Positions 43,301 through 58,300 of a stretch of DNA of 64,000 bases are shown here, piece after piece. The notes under the pieces are model-generated. The model worked only from the letters and a program-made list of their open reading frames with translations, was not told where the DNA came from and ran no database searches. Position 1 is the stretch's first letter, and every line of letters begins with the position of its first letter. This DNA is from Candidatus Omnitrophota bacterium (lineage in GTDB: Bacteria > Omnitrophota > Omnitrophia > Omnitrophales > Aquincolibacteriaceae), in the NCBI GenBank assembly GCA_043732705.1, contig JAYTHE010000011.1, positions 71,605-135,604 of the forward strand, in the 5' to 3' direction. A program made the translations under genes and the position numbers.

Positions 43301-46300
43301 GTAAACATATTTCTCGTCGGAAGGTTTCAATACTATTTTTTGATATCCATTGGCATCTACACCAAGTGTAAATCCCATCCGGCTTTTTTCATCATAAAGA
43401 CCCAAAATAAACGAACTAATTTCTGGATCACGCGCAAAATCCGTGATTTTCCACTCAGCTATCATTTCATGAGCCGATTTTGAAATAAAAACTGTCCCCT
43501 GATCATCAATATAAAATACTTTTTCATCTGCTGCCCGTCTTGCTGCAGGATCTTTATCAGTTGCAATTGTTGTTTTATCGATATATTCTTTTTCATTAAA
43601 AATCTGCTTGAGCCGCCCCGCTTTAACCTCTTCACGTAAACGCGCGACCATTTTCGCACCGGCTATAAACATACTCGGACTGACGGGCTCGGGACGATTA
43701 CCATTTGCAATAATGGCTTTGGTCTGACTAAATGCGGCAAATTGCGCCTCATCCAAAACAGTGCGGTCTATTTTGCGAGCAATGTAATCAAGTAACGCGC
43801 GCGCCTCTGCGCTATCGACATTATTATAAGAATGTGTTTTTGTAAAAATATCAGTCACTAAAACGCCATCATGATTTCTCAACATAGCATCTTTTAATCC
43901 AGCAAAATCCTGCTTACCTTCTGCGATAAAATTGTTGGCATTAATAAAGTCAACCCCCAACCCTAATGCATTTCGAGAAATCACACCTTCATCTTTTGTC
44001 ATCTTCAGAACTGGGTCCGAGCTTTCTAAAACAAGCGCCATGCGATCGCCCCCGTGAATGTGACGGTTCGCCATCCAGAAAGCCGCGCCAAGAACCTGGG
44101 CGTTTGTTTTACCGACACCCGTTCCGGCCGAAACATCAAATCCAAACTCAAGCCCCAAAGCCGCTAAAAATTGTGACCGGCCACGTCCTAAATAATCTGA
44201 GGCCGGACGATCAACACGGCTATTTGACTCGGTGCCAAGAAGATGTCCATGTCCTGTTCTCAGAAGTTCAAGCCTGTCGATAACCTTGTCAGTAGGTTTC
44301 TTTATCTTATTACCCTCTTCAAACCCCCATTGCGACAGCAAATTAAATTCATGAAGCGTTGTTAGGAGTAAATGATTGATAAGCCGCTCTTCGTTATTTC
44401 CACTTCGTTCTTCTGTAATAGGTCCATACTCTCCCTCTCGCAGCCCACCCGAAAGCGCTTTAAGTCCACTTAGTTCAAGCATTTGACGTATTTGATTTGT
44501 GGCATCACGAATCCCAAGCTTGTTCTTCTTTTTAACAGCTGCGTCATAAGCATCCATAACATCAACGCCCTCTCTAGAATTCAAAACCCTAATAATTTCA
44601 TTTCTCTTCTCCTGAACCGCATTCTTCAGCTGCCCATCTGTTTCAAAATACACGGCTTGCAATTGCTCAAAAAGCTTCATGCGTCCGTCAAGGTCAGCAA
44701 AATCTTCCTTGCTGATTAAGCTTCCGTGGTCTATCACAAAACTTATTAAGCTTTCATATTTCGATTCAAAGTCAGCTAATTTGGACGTATTTTTTTCGAT
44801 CAAATATTGAGTTTTTATTAACTCTTGCTTAACTGTGTCGAGTTTTTTCCGCAACTCAGCCATCTCTGACTCATCTTGCTGTTTTTGCTCGCTCTTTTTT
44901 TGAATTTCGGCAATCAAAGCTTTCGCCTCCTTGCCTTTCTCTTGGTACTTATCAAAAAGTGCCGGCAATGCCCTAATAAGTAGCGTGTTTGTAATTTCTT
45001 CAACAGTTGAAAACTCTTTAGCCAAACGAGTATCTGAATAGCTAGCCAACTCATTTATCGCGGCTTTAAGAATATTAACTTGCTCTTCAAATTCAAAAGT
45101 TCGAAGCTCCATCCGCTGCTTAATAATGGATTTCTCTGCTTCACTTTGAGCTTTTTCTAGCTTATCGCCAAGCTCCGTCATTTTTTCGCTATAAGTCTTT
45201 TCCTCATGAACTATTTTTAAATTTAGAGATTCATGCGCATCTAGCTTGCGATTAAATCCACTAACTTCGATTAACGCCCGCGGCGCACCTTCAAGAAGAG
45301 CCATCAATTCGACTGTGCGCATACTTAGTATGACCGTGTGCCCATTGATAACTGCCAACACAGCTTCTGCCTTTTCGCCTTCAATTTTTGCACTTTCAGT
45401 TGATTCAGCCTTATTTTTTCTGCTAAACCAACCACGCACCGAACTTAGCATTTCACGCAGGGTTAAGACAGAACCTGCTTCCGAAGCATTCTTCTTACGC
45501 AACATTTTGGCGGGTGCCGAAGGTCCGGAACTTGCCGGACTGCTTGCTTTTCCAGCCAAAGCATCTGATCTAACCGGCGAGGACGCCGGCTTTTCGCTTC
45601 GAATCACATAAAATCCATCAAGCAAAATTCCGCTTACATTACGGCCATCCATTTGCCCAAACATTTCACTGCGCGCATCCTGCAGCTTGGTGGGTTCTTG
45701 CGCTCGTTTCTCTGCAGGCTTAGTTGTAATTCCCGCCTTGTCAGCAGCATTTTTTTCAGCCGCAGCATTTTTCGATGGAGAGTCTACGACCTTCGGAGCC
45801 TCTGATCGCGCATGAGCATTTGAAATTTTCTCGACAATGCCTTTTGCGGTCTGATTATCTAGAATCGAAGGGACTTTGCCGCCGGCATTGAGTGAGCGCA
45901 TAACAATCGTAAGAAGAGGTTCTAAGTAACTTTCATTTAAAAGGCGCGCATCTAACTTTAAAAAATCTGTTGGAAGCATTGATTTCTTGCCATCCGCATA
46001 TTGCCCCGTAGTCAAATCGACTCCAAGCAATTCTGCAACGCTTGTACTAACTCTTTCCTTTTTCTGTACTTGCGGTGTAGTAGTCGATTCATCCGGTTTT
46101 TCGGCTGCTAAAGTATTTAAGCGCCAAGAGTCGGTTAGTCGGCTCACAACTTGAAGCACCTCATCAGTCGCATTAGTTGATGCAACACCAGGAAGGCTAA
46201 TCACACCCGAGACGTACATCGCAACAACATTCGCAAAGATAAAATCAAAGACGCCGATCACGCCAGCATCAACCGGTTCTTTACCTAACAACGTCTCCAT

Positions 46301-49300
46301 CGCCGCGGATGCTTCAATTGAAGAACGAATACCTAGTTTTTCTAATGCCTGGCGAAAGCCTTCCTTGCTTCCAATTTTAAATTCAATTGTGCGCGTAGGC
46401 TGACCTGCGGCTGTTGGTTTCACTGGAGCGCTTTGATTAAAACCAAGATCGATATTTTCTGTCAAATGGGGTTTGAGAACTTGGTTAAAATATTCAGCTC
46501 TTGCATTTACTAAATTCTGGTAAAACTTATTTGCCCAATCTTGCGGAACAGAGGCAGCCACTGCATCGTTATATGCTTTGAGAGCCTTTGTATAAGCTTC
46601 CTCGGCAGGATGTGCTGCCTTCGCAGCCCCTTCTATAACCCCAAGTGCTTCTGACCGACCCGGAGCCGGCGGTGAAGATTGTGATTTATCAGGCCCAATT
46701 AATTGAGCAGACCTGATTCCATTAATATGCGTTATTACCCCTTCAAATGCCAGATTAAGTTGCGCACGCATTTCTTGAATGGTATGCACATCGCCACCCA
46801 AATGTGCTTCTTCCAAATCTTTTTGCGCTTTTTGAAAGGTTTCGAAAGCAGGGTGAACCAATTTTGTTGCATCAGCTGTCTTTTGAGACTCGGGCGCGGC
46901 AGATGAACTCGGCGCTTCACTTTTCTCTTGAAGCTTAGCTTGCAGTTCCACAAGATGATCCCAGTTGGTCACTCTCAGTCCCATGGCTTCCGAGGCTTCA
47001 ATCATAACAGCCCGCAAGATGACTCCAGAAAAATCGCTTCTTAAAAGCGGCGGCAAACTTCCTTCTGGAGTTGCGGCAACAACCGGACTCACCGGCTCAC
47101 CAGCAGGCGCTTCTTCAGCTAAAAATTTGCGTAACGCATGGGCGTCCGCGTAGGTGCCATTTTCTTTCATTTTTTCAAGTCGCTCACGTTGCTCTGCTGA
47201 CCAATTGCCTTTTTCGATTCTCTCCGCAATCGCGGCATGACGCATCATGATAAACTCTTTTACTGCCACCGCATGAGAGTTATGATCTCCCTGAGGAACA
47301 AGAAGAATTGCTGACTTGCTCAAATCAGTAAAGAATACCTTTGTAGAATTTCCCGCGGCATTATTTTCTAAAACCGCAACTCCCAACAACACGGGCAAAG
47401 TTAAGAACGCCATGATCATGTCAGGTAATTCATTTAATTTTCCACCGCTCTGCCCATCTACCGCCGTGGGATCTTTCCCTATTATATAATTTTGAGTTAA
47501 TGTAATACCATTCATCACGACATTGAACATCAACATGTTATCTACAAAACCGTACACACCAAAAAGCGCTTTTTCACCATTGTTTCTAATGAATCTTTCA
47601 TATGATTTTGGACTCAAAATACGCCAAAGTGCTTTGGTTAAACCGCCTGCATTGGAAAGCTCACCCGCAAATCCGCGTGAATAAGTCACCCCAAAAACAT
47701 GGAGCAGAAACCCCATCGCAATATCGTGCACAAGACGGCTCGATGTCCATCCCTCTGCATTAAAAAACTCATGCTTAAATTTCATATAAGCCAACCTGAA
47801 GTTTGAGCCCCAGCCGTGAATAGCCTCACCATCAACAGTAATATCTATTTCATTGCCTGTGATCCATTGCATGAGATGTTTCAATCCAAACAGCGATTCA
47901 AAAACCGGAAACGCTTTGAAGAACATAATGCTTCCAACCGCAGAAGACCATAAACCGTTAATAGTTTCAGTCACTGATTTTTTAATCAACATGTCTTTAA
48001 GTTTCAAAGACACCTGAGCAGCAAGACTGCCTTCCATAATCGCAATTTTATTAAATAATCGCGCTGTAAAAATTGATCCAACTTGCAAACCCAAGCCCCA
48101 TTTAAGAAGGCTTGAACCCCACGATTCATACCAGGCTCCATCTTGACCTTGAAAAGTTTTAAATTTACCAATTCCAAATAATATTGCACCCGTCCACGCC
48201 GTCAACACTCCTATAATTTGAACTGAGTTAAAAATTCGGTTTGCAATCGTGCCTGTAAATCCCGCGAAAAGCTTAATCGGATTACCAAACATAAACAGTC
48301 CGGCACGCAAGCCAAGAGCGAGTCCACCAATTAAAAGCACACCCTTTTTAATTGACTCAGAAAGCTCACTTTCGCCGCTGAAATTATTTGCATAAAACCA
48401 AATTAGGGCTGATCCTAAGACAATTGCATTTGTTATGCTGTTGAATGTTACCTTCCCCTGCAACGCGGCTCCAATACGACCAAAAAGACCCAGCTCAACT
48501 GCCTTTGCACCTGCGGCCGGCGCCAACTTTGTAGCAGCCCTCGCTGCAAGAATCTTTTCAACGCCTTTAACAAACAGGCTCACGGCAGCAATCGCACCCA
48601 TAACGATTAAGCCAACATTTTTAAACTCATCTATTCCGGTCAAGTAACCTAGTCCAACTGTTGCGGCACCCGCAAAAAATATGGATAATTTGACCATGTT
48701 CCAAATTCCTCGTCCGGTTCCCAGACCAGTTAATTCAAGTCCTAAAATAGCCAAGGGTCGCTCTGCCGCAAACCACAGTCCGTAAGCCAGTGTTTTACCA
48801 GCGCCCCAGTTTGCAGCTCCGATAAAATTTGCTTTTCCAGCTGCTGCTCGTAATGCCTGTCCCAGCGTCAATTTCTCTGCAGCCGCCACGCCACCTTTCT
48901 CCATAGCCATCAAAGTTAGTTTTTGCCCAATCGAACGGCCAATTGACGATAAAATGCCGACAAACATACCAACCAAAGAAATAATTTTCATCGTTTGAAT
49001 AGTGAAACTATTCGCATCCCAACCCCTTCCAACCATAATATCCGCAGCAAACCCGGTTACGAAACCGATAATTCCGGCAAGTGATGATAAAATCGTGGGA
49101 CCGATAAAAGTTGCGGTAACAGCTGGGAGAGCAAAGCCTGCCATCCACAAAAGACCGCCACTTTTTAAGACATTAATATCTAAAATAAGTCCGGTGACTG
49201 CAGCAATGAAACCAGGGACAATAAACACTTGAACACCGCCAAGAAGCAGTGCTTTAACAGAACTTACAGCAACAACTTTGGTCATTGTTGTGCCCACTCC

Positions 49301-52300
49301 TGCAGCCGCAAAACCAAAACCTGCTGCTGCCGCGATGCCCGCAACCGCACCTACAAATAAAGTAATTCCATAAAACCATTTCTCGCCTGTTGAGAGTTGG
49401 TCAATTTTATCTCCAAGGCCAAAAGCTCCGGCGAAGAAATTTTCAGAGGAGCCGTAAACACCATCATTAAAATGATGCACGAAAAACATTTTGGTAGCAC
49501 TCATTCCCAGAGCGCCTGTTAAAAGACTATTTTCTATGATATTTAATACTTGCCCATGGCTGTCATAAGTAATCTGCATTCGAAATGCATCGTCATAAGC
49601 AAAGGTGTGTGTAGACATATCCAAAAGTTTGATCATGGTCAGTTGTCCATGTTCGTTGAGGCCAATCGTAATTTGTGAGGTTCTCGACAAATTAATTTGT
49701 AAAGTACCGTTATCCACTTTGATGTTATATCCACCCAAGTCGCTCATCTTCGCTAAATCAGCAATTGAAGATGAAAAGTCAAGCGTTTCAAAGCCGCGAG
49801 CCGTCGACATCCAGCGATCAAGTTGCAATTGATAACCCGCCGGCTCAATCATATTGTCTTTGTTGTATTTAACAACCAACCCCTTCAGAAGCGTTTCTTG
49901 CTTACCAATTAAAGAGCCGGTATAAGTCACCCAAACTTGATTACCAACAATTTTGACGGAGGTTCCATCGGTATCATAAGGTGTCAACGGAACATATAAG
50001 CCGGTAGCATTGCTGCGCACAAAAGCACCTGTCTTTCCAGCTGTGAAGACAAAGTCATTGAAGCCATCATGCTGTTGATTAAGTAAATGATATTGTTGAT
50101 TAAGAGGCAAGGCTGCATCGTCTGCAAGCCACGCCCAGGACAAGGAGGGATTTACATTGTCATGATACTGGGCATTATATATCGCGGTCGAAGACTGCGA
50201 TGAGACAACCCCATCAACTGAAATTTCGGTCTTATTTATGCGCCGGGTGTAAGTTGATCCATTGTCAAAATAAATGACCTCATTAACCAAATCAACTTGC
50301 TTTGTCTTTGCACTGTCATTTTTGGCCGCAATCGAGTAGCTCGACGTTCTTGATACAGAGTAGCTTTCAAACAATAAATCAAGTTTATTATTCAGCACAA
50401 CCAAATCCCCATTTAAGTAAGTGATTTGGATAGCGCCATCTAAATTTACCCCACCAAGCTGATTGTTCTGATTCGCAGTTTTAATTTCTTGAATACCATT
50501 TTGAACTGCATGAGCAATTTTCTGCGAAACAGCTGCCGCTGGATCAAGAATAATTTTTCCATCTTTACGTTCAAAGCCCACAGCAAAATTTGTTGAATCT
50601 GGCTTGAAAAACTTTACAACTTCGTGACCACTTTGTGCGCCGCCAACTTGCTGTTTAAAAATACGTAAACCGTCATCGGTAAATGCAAAACTCACCGCGT
50701 TTAAGAGGGCTGCTGTAAAACCTTGGCTCCTTGTGATTTCTTTAAATTCTGCCGATTCCAATCCGCGAAATTGAGCAACCGCATCACCGTGCGTATCGAC
50801 AAACAAGTAGCTTTGAGACTTTAAACTCTCTTGATATTTTTCTTTGTTGGCGACTGAAACCTTGGAAAACTTTTGACCTTCTTTCCAATCGTTTCCATCA
50901 GGTGATTTAAAAATATACGCCGCATTGGCAAAGCTCGCTTCAAGCGCTTGTCCATTTACATCTAACGCGCCCGTGACTTGACCTTTAATAATTGCACTGT
51001 CACTAAGCAAAATGAATCGTTCAATTTCCTTAGTTGTCGGGTTAACTATATTTGACGCAAGGCCATAAAACTTTTGATCAAGAACTCCATTATCGTCATA
51101 AGTTAAACGACTTACTTTCACCGCTGAGGACGCGTTTCTTGATTGGCTCGCAGTCCATCCACCATGCACGCCATCATCAGTATTGACATAAACATTTTCA
51201 AATCCATTCTTGCCAAAAAATGCTGCGTGAACACCGTCGCCAAGATGATCTCCGACAGCTTGAATTTCGCCGTTAATCATTTGAAATTGATCTGCATTGA
51301 AAAAGAGTGTCGGTCCATCACCACCAAGCAATGGACTCGCAACAAATTGCATACCTTTCAACGCTAAAATTTTTGTGTCATATTCTGAACCACGCGCGCT
51401 CCCTCCCGGATAAACCGTAGGCTCTAAACTAATTCGGATATCTTGACTTTCACCGGGAACCTTTGTGGGCAATAAAAACTGGGCATAATTGTTTACTTTT
51501 CTTTGCTGATTAATATTCCATGCGGCGGTTTGGTTGGGATCATATGCTACAGGCATCGGATTACCCGAAGCCGTTGAATAACCAAAAAATTGGCCATTTT
51601 TTGAAACAGTATAAAAGGAAGATTCAGGACGAAATTGGCCATCAGAAAATTGATTAAAAAGCTGAACATAAGCATTTCCATTTTGAAAGTACTGAAGACG
51701 CTCATCAAGAATGCTTCCAACCAATTTTCCGCCACTGAGGTAAAAACCAATTTCGGGGAGAACTTTTCCATCGCGACTGATTGTCGAATTAGAAACAATC
51801 AACTCATCAGCAATCATGCCAAAAGATTGTTTGTCCCCACCATTGAGTGGCACCGCAGAAACGACAACATCTAAATGTTTATCTCGCATAGTTTCATTGT
51901 GGAATATCACTGCTCTTTTCCCGCGAAGATCAATAGCTTCGCTTACCTTTTCGGCTGACAAGTCTGTTTTAATAAAGATGCCGGCCTGGCGCTGCTCATA
52001 GAGAATATCGAGGCTATCAACGCCGCCTCCAGTCTGAAAGAAATCAATGTTGACACCGACAATGCCATGCCAAAAATGCGCCTCATCTAAAGTCTTCGTT
52101 CCCATAGAGGAAATCATGGCTTGAATATTTCCGGTGTCTGACAAAAACAACCCAAAGGTTTTAGCTTTACCGCTATCGTCCAATCCATGCAGTGAGACAA
52201 AACGAGAATATCCGACTTGAGTTTTATCAATCGCATTATTGCCAGTCGCAGTAAAAGGATGCGCCACACCCGTTTCAGATTTTGGAATTAAATTAAATGG

Positions 52301-55300
52301 AGTGAATCCATCGCTCGCAAGGAAACCACCCAGATTTCCAAGTTTGTCGAATGCCATAAAAAGTGAACTCCCCGCATCCAAAGTACGCAGGTTATATAAA
52401 ACATCTCCGTTGCGCTGCACACTCAGGGACGATTGAATCCCCCAGCCTGAGAGAATTCCCTGCAATTCGGAGCCGGCTTTTAAAATCTCTCCCACCATTC
52501 TGTCAGTAACATTTAATCCATTTGTCGCTTCACCCACTTCTAAGGCGCGATCAACACGTTTAAATTTAAAATGATCAATATCGGCAACAGAAATATTTTT
52601 ACCTTCAGCATCCTTACGAGTTTGAATCACAGCCACTTGGCCAAGATACAACATATTGGGAGTTGCGTACGCCTTCAACTCACCATTAACTGTAGACGCG
52701 CGCGCAAAAAAATCTCCATCACGTGTAATAATGGATTGGCTTTGAATTCCAACACCGGATAGCACGCCGAGCAATATCGCATGAGCATTGACGGTTTGGC
52801 TTTCTAATTGATCACCTGCTTTCACTTGATCCGCGCCAAGCAAGCCATTTAATTTGTTAAACAGACCGACGATTTCAGCATTAAGAGTGCTGGTCTTTTT
52901 TGTAATATCAAAATTCCAAACACCCGCCTCAAGGGTTCTTCCGGTCTTTGTATCCCGAAGCTCGGTTGTCGCAATTTGGCCTTTAAAAAGCATGTCCGGT
53001 GTTGCATATGCTTTTAGCTCACCACCTAAAACAGATGCTCTTGCAAAAAATTCGCCATTGCGGGTAATGATGGTTTGACTTTGAATACCAAAACCAGCCA
53101 GCGCATCGAGCAATAATGCATGCGCTACTATGGTTTGAGTTTCAAGCTTGTCGCCTTCTTTCAATTGGTTAGTTACCAGCAAACCGTCTAAATTAAACTT
53201 TTTAAGCATTTCTGCAGTCATTGTCTGGCTGGGTGATTTCAAAATACTGAAGCTATAAACACCAGCCCCAATTTTTTCTCCAGCTTTTCCATGCAATTCC
53301 GTTGTCGCAATTTGACCGCTATACAACATATTGGCGGTTGCATACGCTCGCAATTCTCCATCAACGGTTATGGCTCGTGCAAAAAATTCTCCGTTACGCG
53401 TAATGATCGACTGATTCATCATGCCGAAACCCGCTAAGACATTTGTCAATAGCTGATCAGCCTTCACTATTTGAGCTTCGATAACATCGCCAACTTTGAT
53501 TTGATTAACTTCAGCTAAGTCAGCTAATACAAACCCGTTCACCAACATCTCCTGCGTTACAGTTTTTGGGTTTATAGAAAGTTTAAAGTTGTACACACCC
53601 GCATCAAGCTTTTCACCAGGTTTGCTGCCATGAATTTCAGTCGTCGCAATTTGCCCATTAAATAACATATTGGGCGTGGCATAAGCTTCTAATGTTCCAT
53701 TCGCCAATGTTGCTCGCGCAAAAAATTGTCCGCCGCGAGTAATGATCGCTTGGCTTTGAATGCCCATACCCGCCAACATTCCCGTAACGAGAAAATTAGC
53801 CAACACAGTTGTAATTTCAAGGTTATCGCCCGCACGCACCTGATCGGCTTTAACCAGACCACCAATTGACAGACCATCCAATCTTTCTTCTACGAGAACT
53901 TCCGTCTCTTTTACAACCTTAAAGCTATAAACTCCGGCTTGAAGCATTTCACCCGGTTTGCTGCCGTGCAACTCAGTTGTAGCAATCTGCCCATTAGAAA
54001 GCATGTTTGAAGTTGCATACGCACGCAACTCTCCATCCACCACTACTGCCCGTCCGAAGAATTCCCCATTTCGCAAAATGCTCTGTTGATTTTGAATTCC
54101 CCAACCCGCCAAAACACCTAGCACCAAGTTAAAACTATTATTCGAATTCGCTCCATCAATCGTCACCGTACTCGTCAAGAGCGAATCCGTTAAAATATTT
54201 AACTTATTTGCTTCGGCTAATTTGCCCAAATTAAATTTATTAACCATAAGCTGGGTCAAAGTACTTGAGGTCTTCATATCTTTAAAGTTGTACACACCCG
54301 CTGACACCTCGCGGTGATCTTTTTCCTTTAACCAGCCGCCCGCAACCGCTACCTGCCCATTGAAAAGCATGTCCGGTGTCGCATAAGCTTTAAGCTCGCC
54401 GCCGATGATTGTTGCGCGAGCGAAAAATTCTCCGTTCCGCAAAACACTCTGCTGATTTTGAATACCCCACCCGTTTAGAATGGCTAGCATAGAATTAAGT
54501 CCGTTACTTGGATCCGCTCCAACAATCGAAAGTTCTACATTGAGCAAAGTGTCCGTCGTTGTATTCAATTGATTTACAAGATCAAGTTTGCCAACATTAA
54601 AGGTGTTAGCCATCGCTTGGTTCACCCTGCCTGTAACTTTGTTTTCTTTCCAGTTATAAACACCGGCAGAAATAAACTCCCGATCATTACTTTTCAGCCA
54701 GTCCCCAGCTACGGCGAATTCTTTGTTCTTGATCATATTGGGTGTAGCATAAGCTTCCAAATTTACGCCGTCGAAAGCGGCAAGCGCGAAAAATTCTCCG
54801 TTCCGCATCAAGAGCTGCTTGCTTTGAATTCCCAGGCCGGAAAGCACTTGGGTTAGCAGATCATTGCCGTCTGTGCCGATCGTAATTTGAAATAAAGTGT
54901 CTCCGACTCTGGCTGTGTCGGCTTTGGCAAGGCTCGTCAAATTAAATTTATTGAGCATGCTTTCCGTCACCGTGTTGAGGGTTTTTCTATCCTCACTATA
55001 TCTATAGGTTCCGGCTTTAAGAACCTGCCCATCAACTCCGTGCTGATCCACCACAACCACCACCTGTTTCTGCCGCTCCAATTCAGGCGTGGTGTAAGTA
55101 TTCAAAATACCCCCCTGCATGTTGATCGTAATCGGCGAAAAGATGCTGCCGTCATTGTTAACAAGGACATGCTGAATCAGGGCGGCTGTGATTTCTTGGG
55201 TTTCGGCGGTGGTCAGGCCGGCGGGCAGGTCGCCGATAAATTGATTTTGTTGAATCTTGCGCTCAACATTCACGAGTTTGCCTTCAACGAAATCGGTTTC

Positions 55301-58300
55301 ATGCGTCTTTATATTTATTTCACGTCCATTTTTATCGATTGTGTTGATTCGTCCGTTAGCAAAATCAATAGACGTCGCGGCAAATGCGGCTTCTTTCCCA
55401 TCGGCAAAGGCAAATATACCGGTAACATAACGCGCTTCTCCACTAAGTGAAAAGGACGTTACGATAATGGATTGGCCGGATAGAATAGTTTGTCCGGGCC
55501 CAATCAATTTAGCGATTTCGTTACGGAAAGTAGACGCTCCACCTTCGGTCGTAAGGTTCGAATTGTTCTGAGTGATTACATTCGTCTGCGCATCAATCAG
55601 TTTTTGCAGCTGATCAAACGTCTTTGATTTGGCTGAAATGTTAATTGAATTACCCGCCGCGTCTTTGCGGCTATACAAGTTGGCGGTCACTTCATTCCCG
55701 CCAAAACTATAAGCTCCGGCTAGGGAGTGATCGGAATTAAACAGAATCGCTTTGACGGTGGTGTCATTCGCCAAAGCGAAAGTATTTACGCTCTCAAGAA
55801 AGACGTTTTGCCCGGCGATCGCAGAAAGGTCAACCGCAGAAGTGAAATTGTTCGGGTTCACAATTTCGCCGGCTGAAGCAATCACAAAAGCCAAGCTGCC
55901 GTCGTTGCCTTTAACCCAATCGCTATTGGCCGTAATCGCCACATTTCCGATATGCGTGAATCCTACGCCAAGCAATTGTGCGCCATTGTGTTCGCTAGCA
56001 ACAAAACCAGCCTTTGCGTTGACTAAAGCAAGATTCCAGTTGGCGGCCGTAATCGTCACCCCATCAGCGCCGCGAAATTGAAATGCTGCGCCAGAATCGA
56101 TACCCGCAAAAACTCCGTTCAAAGCTTGTTCGATGAGCACGGCTTCGCGCACTACATCATTCGCCGCGCCGAGAATATGTGTCTCGAGGGATATTGCCTG
56201 CAGTGTGCCGTTCTTGACGCTATAGTTAACCGTCTCAAAGTTTTTGGTTATGCTGTTGAATCGATTGACCGTTAGACGTGCTTCGCCGGAATTGAAGAAT
56301 ATGTATTGCCGGTCGCCATTGACTCCGAGCCCTCTTGCGACGATGGATGTGAGCGGATTAATAAAATCGTTAAGATTGGACGAGTTGAACGAGAAAAGCG
56401 CATTGCCACTTACACCAAAAAAGGTTGTCGAGTTCAGCCCGGCATTATTGATCAGAATCTCAAGGCCTTGGAGGAAAGCGCCGTTTTGCTGTTGGAATGC
56501 ATCGCCCAAAACGGCGGTGCTTGTCACGGCGTATTGCGATTGATTTAACCCTTGTGTTTGTTGCCCTACATTTGATTGCACAAAATCCGCTAATTTGTTG
56601 CCGGTCAAAAATGCCGCAACCTGATCAATGCTGTCTTTGACACCCGTCTGGCCGACTTGCGCGAAATAAAGCCCGGCATTCGTGCCCGCACCGCGCAAGA
56701 GAAAATCTGCCCCAGTCAACTTCACGCTTCCGTTAAGCGACTCATAGATGACTTGCCCCTGGGTGTCGGTGAAAGCGGCAATATCACGTATACCAAAACT
56801 ACCAAATGCTTTTATTGCGAGAGCATATAAACTGTCGGCATTGCTGTTGGAAGCGACAATAGATCCATTTTGCGTCGAGACAACCAGTTTTTGTGTAAAC
56901 TCACCGCCAATCTCATCCACTTTTGCATGATTAGCCGCAGTTAGAGCCGCAGAGCCCCAAACCTTATCGCTCAAACTACCGTTAAGCGCATTTTCCCACT
57001 TGCCCAACGTTCGCATAATAAGATGGCCGGTTAAATTCCCCTGCGCGTCAATTTGCAGCAGATTGATCTGCGCGGATTGATTGTAAAGATCAACCGTGAT
57101 GTTGCCATCTGCCCCGCCGTTATTTACAAGGAAACGTTTGCCAGCCGGCGTCACAAGAAAATTTTTGTCGCTTAAACCGGCCGCGGCTATTTCCGCTCCG
57201 ACGGCAACTTTAAATTCGGCGGGATTATCAAACCCTACCAGTCTGTTCCCGTTCACATCCGTAACGTAAATACCGCTGTGATAGAGCGTGCCCTGCCGAA
57301 CATTGCCGTTTTTTATGTTTGACTCGTAACGGCCAATTTGCAACGCCCCGTTATTGGCCTGATTTTGTCTAACAATGAAAACGCCGTCCCTGCCACTGAC
57401 TGTGACCGCAGTACTAAAAATAGCCAGCCCGAAGAGATCTATCGACTCTTGATTCAGTGCACCATTCTTGTCGATAGAAATATGTATTTTATCAATCCCT
57501 GCCGCTGCAAAACTTTCACTATGCTGTAGCGCATCAGAGAAAGCGTCGTTGACTAATTGGCTTACAATATTTCCGCTTGCATCAGCGGCAGAAATTTTAC
57601 CGACGAGCGTCTTGCCATCATTGATTACTCTAAACGATTGATTCGCGAAAGCAGTGCCATCCGCCATGCGGCCAAAGGTCGAAAAACTAATAAGATCCGG
57701 AATTTGTTCAATATAAGAATTTGCGTCGGCGAGATTATTAAAATTAACCAACCCTGAGTCGTGGCGAAAATCCGTGTCGAGAGGAGTCGCTGCGCGATAG
57801 ATAATAAAACCGGATTCACCTCTCAGAATATTTGTGTCAGCGCGAATGGCTTCACCGTTAAATTTATCGAAGCCGGCCGCAGTTAATTTTGCCCCGGTGA
57901 AAGCGTCGCCCACAAGTGAATACAATCCATCAATTTTTAACTGGTTAAATGTACCACCGCGAACGTCTGTTTCTGTACTCACAGTGCCCAAATGAAGGAT
58001 ATTCTTTACCGCCGTATCCGCAGAAACACCGTCCTTGGCCCCAAGCGAGATCACGGTGCCATCTTTTAACGTGACATAAACTTGAATATGCCCGTTCATA
58101 TCTTCGTTGACTTTTATTTTTTCTGAAAATTGCGTGCTACCGATACCCAACCACTGTGTGGTGATTTTACCGGTAAACGAATCTTTTGTTTCAATACCGA
58201 ATAAACTGCCCCGGTTACGAAGCTCTTGCGTTGGAACCACATTGGCTCTTATGGAATCAATTTCTTTTGTCTTATTTCTTTCATAAGCAGCCGGATCGAC

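Noticed and set aside
52300-55050. Possible CRISPR array, because of the regular ~330-bp periodicity.
   Set aside because: The repeats are in frame inside an uninterrupted ORF. They are far longer than CRISPR repeats and are imperfect at the DNA level. They are protein-domain repeats.
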